From the NCBI GenBank assembly GCA_963662465.1, contig OY759599.1:4064001-4128000 (forward strand): a DNA stretch of 64,000 bases, in the 5' to 3' direction. The notes beneath the pieces were generated by a model that saw only the letters and a program-made list of their open reading frames with translations, did no database searches and was not told where the DNA came from. Both the position numbers and the translations under genes were made by a program. This DNA is from Desulfatiglandales bacterium. Lineage in GTDB: Bacteria; Desulfobacterota; DSM-4660; Desulfatiglandales; Desulfatiglandaceae. Shown here one piece after another: positions 1-7,897 of the stretch (the stretch's first letter is position 1; each line of letters starts with the position of its first letter).

Positions 1-144
1 TTTGAAATTGAACCAGGTGAAGTAGATTCGCTACACGCGGATTATATTATAAGTTCGGACGTTCAAGTTGTTGAATTCTATTTCTATATAGCAAATGCAA
101 AAAAAAACGCAAGGTATTGGATGGACATTAACCAAAATTCATGA
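1..144 (+). CDS. Partial hypothetical cassette protein (5' end outside window; possible slip in A-run at 99-107)
   Basis: Open frame from base 1 (FEIEPGEVDSLHADY...) to TGA at 142-144. Confidence 0.35.
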   Translation, partial: FEIEPGEVDSLHADYIISSDVQVVEFYFYIANAKKNARYWMDINQNS

Positions 145-169
145 ATTTGAAAATAAAGGAGGCACTATC

Positions 170-334
170 ATGCCAGACCATGAAAAAGGCAACAACTCCA
201 AAGAGTCTTTAAATGAGCAACAAAGACAGCAAAAGCAACAAAAACCTCAGCAACAACAGCAGCAAACTCAACAGCAAACACAAGATAAGAAAAATAATTC
301 TATTAAAAATAATGGCACTTCGGATCATCATTGA
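170..334 (+). CDS. Small Gln-rich hypothetical peptide
   Basis: AAGGAGG RBS before ATG 170; CAA/CAG-rich; stop just before attC1. Confidence 0.4.
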   Translation: MPDHEKGNNSKESLNEQQRQQKQQKPQQQQQQTQQQTQDKKNNSIKNNGTSDHH

Positions 335-345
335 AGGGAGGAATT

Positions 346-417
346 CCCGAACCATTTTCTGCACCTGACCAGTGTTCCGCTGCCGCTACACACCGTCAGG
401 TGAGAAATACGTTAGGG
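346..417 (+). other. attC site 1
   Basis: CCCGAAC...CACCTGAC...GTCAGGTG...GTTAGGG imperfect palindrome. Confidence 0.8.
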
Positions 418-430
418 CCACGAGAAAATT

Positions 431-1078
431 ATGAGTGCGAATAAAAAAACCAAGAACTACAAAATAGGCATGGATGGTGATTGGTCATTGGAAGATTTGT
501 ATTCATTTCCTCATACATACATCCAAATTTATTCATTTCTATATTCATTTCTGAGGCCAATAGCCGATTTCGATGACGAAGATGATAGGTTGGTAATAAC
601 TTATTCAATTCACCCGTGGAGAGGGGGTTATAGCGCGGTAAATTTTTATAACAATCTAAAATCCATTGTTGAGCCCGAGCATCGTCCTCAAATAAAATCT
701 ATACAATACGCATCTCCAGGGTGGATAGAACTTACTGTAATTGTTGGAATTGCTCTAAATATTAAGAGAATAGTTTTATGCTTCACTGAAGCAGCCAATG
801 AATTAAATAAATTATACAATAATATTTACAAAGGAATGCATGAGAGAAAGATGATGGATATAGAAGCAAAAAGACAGACACTGCTTCTTACAAAAGATCA
901 GAGCGATTTTGCAATTGAATCAGCTAACAAACTATGTCACTTGTTGGGTTTTAAAAACGTGGCTCAAATTCAAAAATTAACAAAAAACCCATTAGCCACT
1001 TTAAAAATTCTGCTTTCCTTTTATCGCAAAATTAAAGTGCTTGCTGAGTTTAATGTTAATGGAAAAACAAAGCTTTAG
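431..1078 (+). CDS. Hypothetical cassette protein (215 aa)
   Basis: AT-rich ORF exactly filling the cassette between attC1 and attC2. Confidence 0.8.
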   Translation: MSANKKTKNYKIGMDGDWSLEDLYSFPHTYIQIYSFLYSFLRPIADFDDEDDRLVITYSIHPWRGGYSAVNFYNNLKSIVEPEHRPQIKSIQYASPGWIELTVIVGIALNIKRIVLCFTEAANELNKLYNNIYKGMHERKMMDIEAKRQTLLLTKDQSDFAIESANKLCHLLGFKNVAQIQKLTKNPLATLKILLSFYRKIKVLAEFNVNGKTKL

Positions 1079-1079
1079 G

Positions 1080-1170
1080 CCCTAACAATAGCGTCAACCT
1101 GACCGCGTAAACGGTGGCGGCGCTACGCGGCAAGTTTAATAGCGCGGTCAGGTTACGCAAGACATTAGCC
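1080..1170 (+). other. attC site 2 (core GTT changed to ATT)
   Basis: CCCTAAC...AACCTGACCGCG...CGCGGTCAGGTT...ATTAGCC. Confidence 0.75.
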
Positions 1171-1188
1171 CACGATAGGGGGTTGCAG

Positions 1189-1878
1189 ATGGGAACCGAT
1201 ATCAAAATAGAGAAACGTATAGTTGCTTTAATTGAAAAAGGTGAGACACTTCGACAAGGTGACGACCAAGAAGGTGGTGCCATTGATGAAAACCATAAAC
1301 AAAATTGTTCTGGATGGATTGCCGCAGCGAGAAGCGTCACCCAGTTCATCCTTCCGTATCCAGAATTATTGTATAGAAAACACATTGAAGAAGTTGCATC
1401 TATAGATCGTGGGTGGATGATAAATAATTCTGTAGGTGAAATCACAGAGCTACTAAAACATCTGCTCAGCGATTTCAAAAACGGGCTTTTGTTTTCTATA
1501 GTAAACCAAACTCGCGCAGAGGTTTTTGACGACTTTCTGGATCATGCGCGAGCATATTTGGCAGATGGTCGCAAAAATGAAGCGGGTGTTATTGCAGGCG
1601 TTGTTTTCGAAGACACATTGCGCAGAATATGTAAAAATCATAAAATTGAAGAGACTGGAAAAAAACTCGACTTCCTTATAACCGAGCTTAACAAAGAAGG
1701 CATAATAACTGGCATAATGGCTAAAAGAGGTAGAGCGTGCGCGCATGTAAGAACTAAAGCAACGCATGCGCAGTGGGATGAATTCGAAGTTGGTGACGTT
1801 GAGGCAACTATGGCTTTTACAGATGAACTTATTCTCAAAAAATTAGATAGCGAGAGAAAAACGGGGACAGGCAAATAA
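1189..1878 (+). CDS. HEPN-superfamily (DUF4145-like) cassette protein
   Basis: C-terminal AGVIAGVVFEDTLRR helix and RTKATH (Rx4H) motif. Start placed at ATG 1189, downstream of attC2. Confidence 0.65.
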   Translation: MGTDIKIEKRIVALIEKGETLRQGDDQEGGAIDENHKQNCSGWIAAARSVTQFILPYPELLYRKHIEEVASIDRGWMINNSVGEITELLKHLLSDFKNGLLFSIVNQTRAEVFDDFLDHARAYLADGRKNEAGVIAGVVFEDTLRRICKNHKIEETGKKLDFLITELNKEGIITGIMAKRGRACAHVRTKATHAQWDEFEVGDVEATMAFTDELILKKLDSERKTGTGK

Positions 1879-1896
1879 TGTTCTGTCGAAAACAAA

Positions 1897-1956
1897 ACCG
1901 AACAAAGCAAATCCAGCCGACGCCAAAAGCCGCGCGGCTAATTAGCGGCGTTGGGC
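1897..1956 (+). other. attC site 3
   Basis: ACCGAAC...CAGCCGACGCCAAAAGCCGCGCGGCTAATTAGCGGCGTTGGGC; near-identical to attC4. Confidence 0.8.
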
Positions 1957-1982
1957 GTCAAATATGACGAGAAAGGAATCTC

Positions 1983-3017
1983 GTGACAGAACTTGCCCCC
2001 AAACTAAAAGTTGTGGTGACGCATCCGCTTTGGATGTACGACGAGGGCGAGCAGCACCTTCTATCGTCCCTGCTCCTCATATGTGACAAGATTATAACGT
2101 TGGACCTTCCCAAACATTGTTATAAGCATGATCATGTCGACAAGGCACGTGGCTTTTTCGCCGCATATATCCACGATAATTGGTGCTCGGCAGCTTGGGA
2201 TGAAGGTCTTCTTGAAGAACCCGATGGTATCGACGAAGTTGTCATAAAATGTAGGGACTCCTTGAAGGAGCAGGCCCAAAGAGATGGCACGGTCAACAAA
2301 CTACGTTGGCCCGTGAACCCGGAAGAACTTGTCGCGAGAGCGTACCTTGAGTTGTCGCGGAAGGGCTCTCTCCAGACAAGAGGCCAGGTATACCCGCTCT
2401 CGATTTCGGATGAGGCACCAGCGACCGATGTTCACTCGAACACCGCTGTCGTTGCCCACTACTACCTTGCGAGAGCGGCACTTGCAGTGGCACTTCCCTC
2501 CATCCCGGTATTCGAGAACGCGGAACAGGTTCTACAGGTGAGGACTACTTGTCTTCAATCAGGCGAATTGGCTCAGTTCCAGGCACTTATTCGGCGTTTG
2601 ACTAGCGATCTCAATGCCATGATGCTTGGGTCCGCAAGTGCGATTGATATAGAAGGGTGGGCATCCGCCAAGGCCGAGACGGATGTCAGACTTTCCCTCT
2701 ATGAGCTTGATCGAAAGATATCGAGTCTGAAGTCTTCTCGCAGATTCGCATTCCTCAGAGACAAGGAATGCCTGACTTCATTGTTTAGCCTGATCGATCC
2801 AACGTCATGGGTTGGTTTTCTCAAGAATATAGTCGTCAATTTGCCTGGCATCGCTGAAGGCCTTCAAACATTAATTGACCCCGAGACGCAGACGCTGAAG
2901 CGTAATCCAAGTCTTGCGTATCTGTATCGACTCTCAAAGGCATCGACATCTGTGGGGAGGCGTGCCATGCCCAACAAGGCTAATTCAGCCGACGTAAAAA
3001 GCCGCGCGGCTGATTAG
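1983..3017 (+). CDS. Hypothetical cassette protein (344 aa; reads into attC4)
   Basis: GTG start after AAAGGA; fills the cassette. Confidence 0.75.
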   Translation: MTELAPKLKVVVTHPLWMYDEGEQHLLSSLLLICDKIITLDLPKHCYKHDHVDKARGFFAAYIHDNWCSAAWDEGLLEEPDGIDEVVIKCRDSLKEQAQRDGTVNKLRWPVNPEELVARAYLELSRKGSLQTRGQVYPLSISDEAPATDVHSNTAVVAHYYLARAALAVALPSIPVFENAEQVLQVRTTCLQSGELAQFQALIRRLTSDLNAMMLGSASAIDIEGWASAKAETDVRLSLYELDRKISSLKSSRRFAFLRDKECLTSLFSLIDPTSWVGFLKNIVVNLPGIAEGLQTLIDPETQTLKRNPSLAYLYRLSKASTSVGRRAMPNKANSADVKSRAAD

Positions 3018-3028
3018 CGGCGTTAACC
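2969..3028 (+). other. attC site 4
   Basis: GCCCAAC...CAGCCGACGTAAAAAGCCGCGCGGCTGATTAGCGGCGTTAACC. Confidence 0.85.
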
Positions 3029-3196
3029 GCGCGGCGTGAGTAGCATATACGAATTAGGGAAAATGGGTAAAAATGGGTAATCGGAAGTAAAGGGAACTAC
3101 CAATAAGGAAGAAGCTTTTTTTAAGCTTATTGCCGCAGATAACCCAAGGAGAAAAAGGCCAAAGAAGAACCGTAAACGTAATCGCGAGAAAATAGG

Positions 3197-3259
3197 TTCT
3201 AATAAATGGGTAAAGTTGACGTCCTGAAAAGAGGGCTCAAGTTACCTTTTTCGTTTGAT
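3197..3259 (+). other. attC site 5 (degenerate)
   Basis: TTCTAAT...GGGTAAAGTTGA...TCAAGTTACC...GTTTGAT; paralogous to attC6. Confidence 0.6.
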
Positions 3260-3297
3260 GTAAATGGCAACAATTTTCAAAGGAAAGGTGGTACATT

Positions 3298-3510
3298 ATG
3301 GCCAACACGTATAGGGCTGTCACAAAGCAGGATGGCGAATGGTGGATTGGCTGGATTGAGGAGGTTCCTGGTGTGAACTGCCAAGAGCGTACTCGTGATG
3401 AACTGCTCAATAGCCTAAAGGTGACTCTGATGGAGGCCCTTGAGTTCAACAGGCTGGAGGCAATTCAAGCAGCCGCACCCAACTATGTTGAGGAACTGGT
3501 GACGGTATGA
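3298..3510 (+). CDS. hicB: HicB-family antitoxin
   Basis: YRAV...DGEWWIGWIEEVPGVNCQERTRDELL motif; overlaps hicA. Confidence 0.85.
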   Translation: MANTYRAVTKQDGEWWIGWIEEVPGVNCQERTRDELLNSLKVTLMEALEFNRLEAIQAAAPNYVEELVTV

Positions 3511-3695
3511 AGCGTGGGGAACTCATCAAACATATGCGCAGGCATGGCTGCGCGTTTGTACGTGAGGGTGGTAGTCATTCCTGGTGGGAGAACGCAGCAG
3601 GAAATGGTAGATCCTCTGTGCCGCGTCATAACGAAATCAGGGACAACCTCGTACGCAAAATATGCAAGGACCTACGTATTCCTTTCGTGAGATGA
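3507..3695 (+). CDS. hicA: HicA-family mRNase toxin
   Basis: REGGSH...SVPRHNEI motif, 62 aa, basic. Confidence 0.9.
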   Translation: MKRGELIKHMRRHGCAFVREGGSHSWWENAAGNGRSSVPRHNEIRDNLVRKICKDLRIPFVR

Positions 3696-3698
3696 GGC

Positions 3699-3763
3699 AC
3701 CGAACAGACGGGTGAAGTTGATGTTCTGAAAAGAGGGCTCAAGTTGCCCTTTTATCGTTAACC
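3699..3763 (+). other. attC site 6
   Basis: ACCGAAC...GGGTGAAGTTGA...TCAAGTTGCCC...GTTAACC. Confidence 0.7.
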
Positions 3764-4091
3764 AGCGGCGTCAGTAGCATATACGAAGATGAATGAAGCT
3801 GGTCAGAGTGTTTGACCGCAAGTGAAATGGGGCAGGTCTACTGTTGGCTGTTAGTCCTTTGAATGATAATTGGAATTCCGAGGATACTTAATTCCAACCA
3901 AAAAAATCACCGGATAAACCGGTGATTTTCATGTTGGGCCTGTGATGGCAAAGTCCTTGAGAAACAGTGCAAATACACAGATAGAAGTGTCTTTTTCAGC
4001 AACTTACGGTATACTATAAGATCCTAAAAAGAGAAAGATTTGGTTCGACTCGGTGAATGTAATTATAATCAGAAGTAAAGGAAAACAAAGA

Positions 4092-5276
4092 ATGAAAATC
4101 ACACAATTGGATATTGAGGGTTTCCGCTCTCTTCGAAATGTAAGCTGGTTTCCTGGTGATCTCAACGTGATTATCGGTCCTAACGGGACTGGCAAATCAA
4201 ATTTGTTACGATTAATGGAATTAATTTCCGTATCAGCACAGGGTAAACTCGGCAAATATATTCAATCGTTGGGTGGAATGGATCCGATTGTTTGGGACGG
4301 CACAGCTACTTCGATAAAGTTTGCCCTTGAGTCAATCCCTGAAGGAGGAGAGCTAGGTCCTGAACACTACGAGCTTGAACTAGCAAGGCTCGGGGCTGGA
4401 AGTTCATATAAAGTTGAAAAGGAACTTTTGATCAACTCTCATAAATTAAGGAAAAATATTGAAAAAAAACCATTTAAATTTCTAGAAAGATTCTCAAGGA
4501 CAGCTGTTATTTTTGATGAAACGGAACATACCTTTACTACTCCTGAAGAGTTTGTTTCAGAGGAGGAAAGTCTTCTTTCAATAGCATCAGGGCCATTTGT
4601 CAATAATCACTACATTCCACCTTTTCAACGGGAATTGGCATCTATTGCTGTTTATCATGATTTGCATACCAATAAGGACGCCTCTGTTCGTCAACCTGCT
4701 ATCTCTCGAATGGAAAAACGAGTTGATCCTGATGGACAAAATCTCATATCGGTTATGCATACGCTTTACACAGGTGATCGTGATTTTAAAAAAGATATAA
4801 ATTCTGCCATGCGAGCAGCATTTGGTGATGATTTTGAAGAGTTGGTTTTTCCTCCTGCGTCTGACCAGAGGATTCAAATGAGAGTTCGCTGGAGATCACT
4901 AAAGCGTGAGCAATCAGCTGCTGAGCTTTCAGACGGAACACTACGTTTTTTATTTTTGTTAACGGTGCTGGCAAGCCCATCACCGGCTCCAATTATCGCG
5001 ATCGATGAACCAGAGACAGGGCTGCATCCATCAATGTTGCCTTTGGTTGCGGAGTATGCAGTTGACGCAGCCACTAGATCTCAAGTTATTCTGACGACGC
5101 ATTCCCCACAATTCTTGGATGCTTTCGGTGGAACTCAGCCTACAACCACTGTTGCAACCTGGGAAAATGGTGAAACTTTATTAAAAACGCTAAAAGGAGA
5201 AAACCTTGACTACTGGCTGAACGAATACTCTCTGGGGGCTCTTTTTAAATCTGGAGAATTGGAGCAGATGATATGA
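4092..5276 (+). CDS. ABC/AAA_21-type ATPase
   Basis: Walker A GPNGTGKS, signature LSDGT, Walker B/D-loop IDEPETGLHP, H-loop TTHSP. Confidence 0.9.
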   Translation: MKITQLDIEGFRSLRNVSWFPGDLNVIIGPNGTGKSNLLRLMELISVSAQGKLGKYIQSLGGMDPIVWDGTATSIKFALESIPEGGELGPEHYELELARLGAGSSYKVEKELLINSHKLRKNIEKKPFKFLERFSRTAVIFDETEHTFTTPEEFVSEEESLLSIASGPFVNNHYIPPFQRELASIAVYHDLHTNKDASVRQPAISRMEKRVDPDGQNLISVMHTLYTGDRDFKKDINSAMRAAFGDDFEELVFPPASDQRIQMRVRWRSLKREQSAAELSDGTLRFLFLLTVLASPSPAPIIAIDEPETGLHPSMLPLVAEYAVDAATRSQVILTTHSPQFLDAFGGTQPTTTVATWENGETLLKTLKGENLDYWLNEYSLGALFKSGELEQMI

Positions 5277-5902
5277 GATTTGTTTTTTTTGTGGAAGGCT
5301 ATACTGAAAATAAGTCGCTACCTAAATTTTTAAAAAAATGGCTTGATCCAAGATTAGATAATCCTGTCGGGATTCGAACTATCCGATTTGAAGGATGGTC
5401 TGAACTAGTAAAAGACGCTCCTCGAAAAGCAAAAATGCATCTGAATGGGCCAGATAAAGGCGATATTATTGCCGTGATTTCTTTGTTGGATCTTTACGGC
5501 CCGACCTTTTATCCGAATCATATTGAAAACTACGATGAGCGTTATGAGTGGGGGAAAAAATATATTGAAGACAAGGTAAATCATTCACGTTTTTTTCAAT
5601 TTTTTGCAGTTCATGAAGTTGAGGCATGGCTTCTGAGTCAACCAGATATCTTCCCTCTTAAAGTCAAAAATGCATTCCCCCCAAAGATTCAAAATCCGGA
5701 ATTGGTAAACTTTAATGAACCGCCGGCAAAATTATTGGAACGTCTTTATCGTTTGCATGTAAAAAGATCATATAAAAAAGTCGTGAACGGGAAAGAACTT
5801 TTCGATAAACTCGATCCGAATATCGCATATCACAAATGTCCAAAATTTAAAGAGCTTCTGGATAAAATGTTAGAGTTAGCCCAACCAGACGCTACACATT
5901 GA
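5273..5902 (+). CDS. DUF4276-family (TOPRIM-like) protein
   Basis: FVEGYTE N-terminus, LLDLY and HEVEAWLLS motifs; coupled to the ATPase. Confidence 0.75.
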   Translation: MRFVFFVEGYTENKSLPKFLKKWLDPRLDNPVGIRTIRFEGWSELVKDAPRKAKMHLNGPDKGDIIAVISLLDLYGPTFYPNHIENYDERYEWGKKYIEDKVNHSRFFQFFAVHEVEAWLLSQPDIFPLKVKNAFPPKIQNPELVNFNEPPAKLLERLYRLHVKRSYKKVVNGKELFDKLDPNIAYHKCPKFKELLDKMLELAQPDATH

Positions 5903-6095
5903 CCGCAAGGGGCGCGGTTTTATTACCGGTTGTCCCTTTTGTGTTTCCGGTTCTATTTGTAAGCGCTGAGTTCCCTTGCGGCAATTGAACTCGATTGTTA
6001 TAGCATCACACGAATAGATGCAACTCACAGGTCTCGTTTAGCCTTTCGGGGTGAAAGCAGTCCTTGACAAATTCCACTGCTAAAATGGAGGTACG

Positions 6096-7265
6096 ATGAC
6101 GTCGCCAATTAAAGACAAGTATGCTATCGTTGGAGTGGGATACACGCCCCAGGGCCGTGTCCCTGGAAGAACATCTCTCAGTTTCCATTTGGAGGCGTCA
6201 GCCAATGCCATCAAAGATGCCGGCCTGAATAAAGACGATGTGGACGGTTTCATCTGTTACCGCCACTTTCCCGCCGCTTCGGATGAGGACGACCTGACGC
6301 CCCAATTTATCGCTCAGCAACTCGGGATTTCCCCCGCCTACGTCAGCCAGGACGGCAACTGATCGCGAAATCACCTTCAGCACGCAGTTGGCGCGCTCGA
6401 ACTTGGTTTATGCCGTTACGTTCTTATCTCCTATGGTCACAATGCCCTTTCCAGCGACAGCATGTTTCAGATGCTTATGACATTATCAGGCGATGATGCC
6501 GTCTTCGGCCATTTTGGCGCCACCGGCGGTTATGCGCTCGCTGCCAGAAGGGCCATGCACCAATTCGGCACTGGACCTGAAACCTGGAAACAGATTGCCG
6601 TTGGGCAGCGAAAGTGGGCCAACCTCAACCCGGCCGCCATGATGCATGACAAGCTCATGACCGAAGCGGATTACGACAACGCAAGGTGGGTTGTCGAGCC
6701 GCTACGCCTGCCTGACAACTGCCTGATTAATGATGGCGGCCGCGCTATTATCGTCACCTCCCTTGAGCGGGCACGCGACCTGAAACAGCCTCCGGCAGTA
6801 ATAATGGGGATGGGGATGCACAATCCCTCGACGGTCATTGCTCAGTCCGACTGGATGGCTGGGCCCAGCGGCGCCAAACAGGCCGGAGAGGCAGCTTTTA
6901 AAATGGCGGACATCACCCTGAATGATGTGGATGCATGCCAGACCTATGACTGTTTTACCTACACTGTGGAACTCACTCTCCAGGACTATGGTTTTTTTAA
7001 ACCCGGCGAAGGGCGCGATTGGTTCCAGGGCGGAACGATTGAACCCGGCGGCAGGATGCCGGTGAATACTTCAGGCGGGCAGCTTTCGGAAGCCTACTTC
7101 ATGGGTCTGACGCCCATCGCCGAAAGCGCTGTGCAGCTTATGGGCCGGTGCGGGAAACGACAGCTCGGCCCCGCCACCCGGACCAAAGCGCCTGAGATTA
7201 TAATGTGTAGTGACAATGGTGGTATTTTGCAGAGTCACGCATGCATCCTGCTAAGGAGGTTGTAA
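6096..7265 (+). CDS. Thiolase-fold (SCP2/Ltp2-like) protein with in-frame UGA at codon 89, putative selenocysteine
   Basis: ORFs 6096-6362 and 6462-7265 share a frame with 33 open codons between. Motifs AIVGVG, CLINDGG, YDCFT, NTSGGQLSEAY. Hairpin at 6376-6401. Confidence 0.75.
6376..6401 (+). promoter_or_regulatory. SECIS-like hairpin
   Basis: TTCAGCACGC-AGTTG-GCGCGCTCGAA; loop begins 23 nt after the UGA with GU at loop positions 2-3. Confidence 0.5.
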
Positions 7266-7267
7266 CG

Positions 7268-7687
7268 ATGCCATACGAAAAACCATTGCCAAAACTCAAT
7301 GGCGACAACACCCCCTTTTGGGAGGGGTGTCGCCGGCATGAACTCAGATTTCAGCAATGCAACGATTGTGGCCACGTCAGATGGCCGCCGTCCGATCTTT
7401 GCCCCCAGTGCCATTCCACTGAAATCAACTGGTTGATTTCCAAGGGGATCGGCAGGGTATACACATTTGCTGTCTACCACACCGCATTCCATTCGGGATT
7501 CGCAACCGACGTGCCATATACTGTGGCCGTCGTGGCGCTCGATGAGGGACCCCACCTTCTAACCAATATTGTCGACTGCCGACCCGATGAGGTGAGATGC
7601 GACATGCCGGTAGGGGTATTTTGGGAGGATGTCGACGAAAGAATAACACTGCCGAAATTCAAGCCATTATCGTGTGTCCGGGCATAA
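7268..7687 (+). CDS. DUF35/ChsH2-like Zn-ribbon OB-fold protein
   Basis: FWEG, CxxC...CPxC, G.VYTF, VALDEGP motifs; typical thiolase-fold partner. Confidence 0.9.
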   Translation: MPYEKPLPKLNGDNTPFWEGCRRHELRFQQCNDCGHVRWPPSDLCPQCHSTEINWLISKGIGRVYTFAVYHTAFHSGFATDVPYTVAVVALDEGPHLLTNIVDCRPDEVRCDMPVGVFWEDVDERITLPKFKPLSCVRA

Positions 7688-7897
7688 AGCGACGATTGGC
7701 CGTACCCTGCCTGCTTAATTGCATAAAAAAAGAGGGCTAAGGGAACTTCCCTTCATATTCATGCGTTGGTCGTGAAGCACCAGGATGCGACCCCATTGCA
7801 TTTTTCCTTGACATGTTATTCCAAAATAGAATATTTCCATTTAGACTATTTTATCATACCGCAGTCGAGACCCGGTGATATTGAAAGGAGCAGCGAA

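Larger units (their letters stand above)
1..3763 (+). mobile_element. Integron gene-cassette array (3' part; integrase not in window)
   Basis: Six attC-like imperfect palindromes (AAC...GTT) separate co-oriented ORFs. Cassette boundaries are complementary: GTTAGGGC at 411 with GCCCTAAC at 1079, and GTTGGGC at 1950 with GCCCAAC at 2969. Confidence 0.85.
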
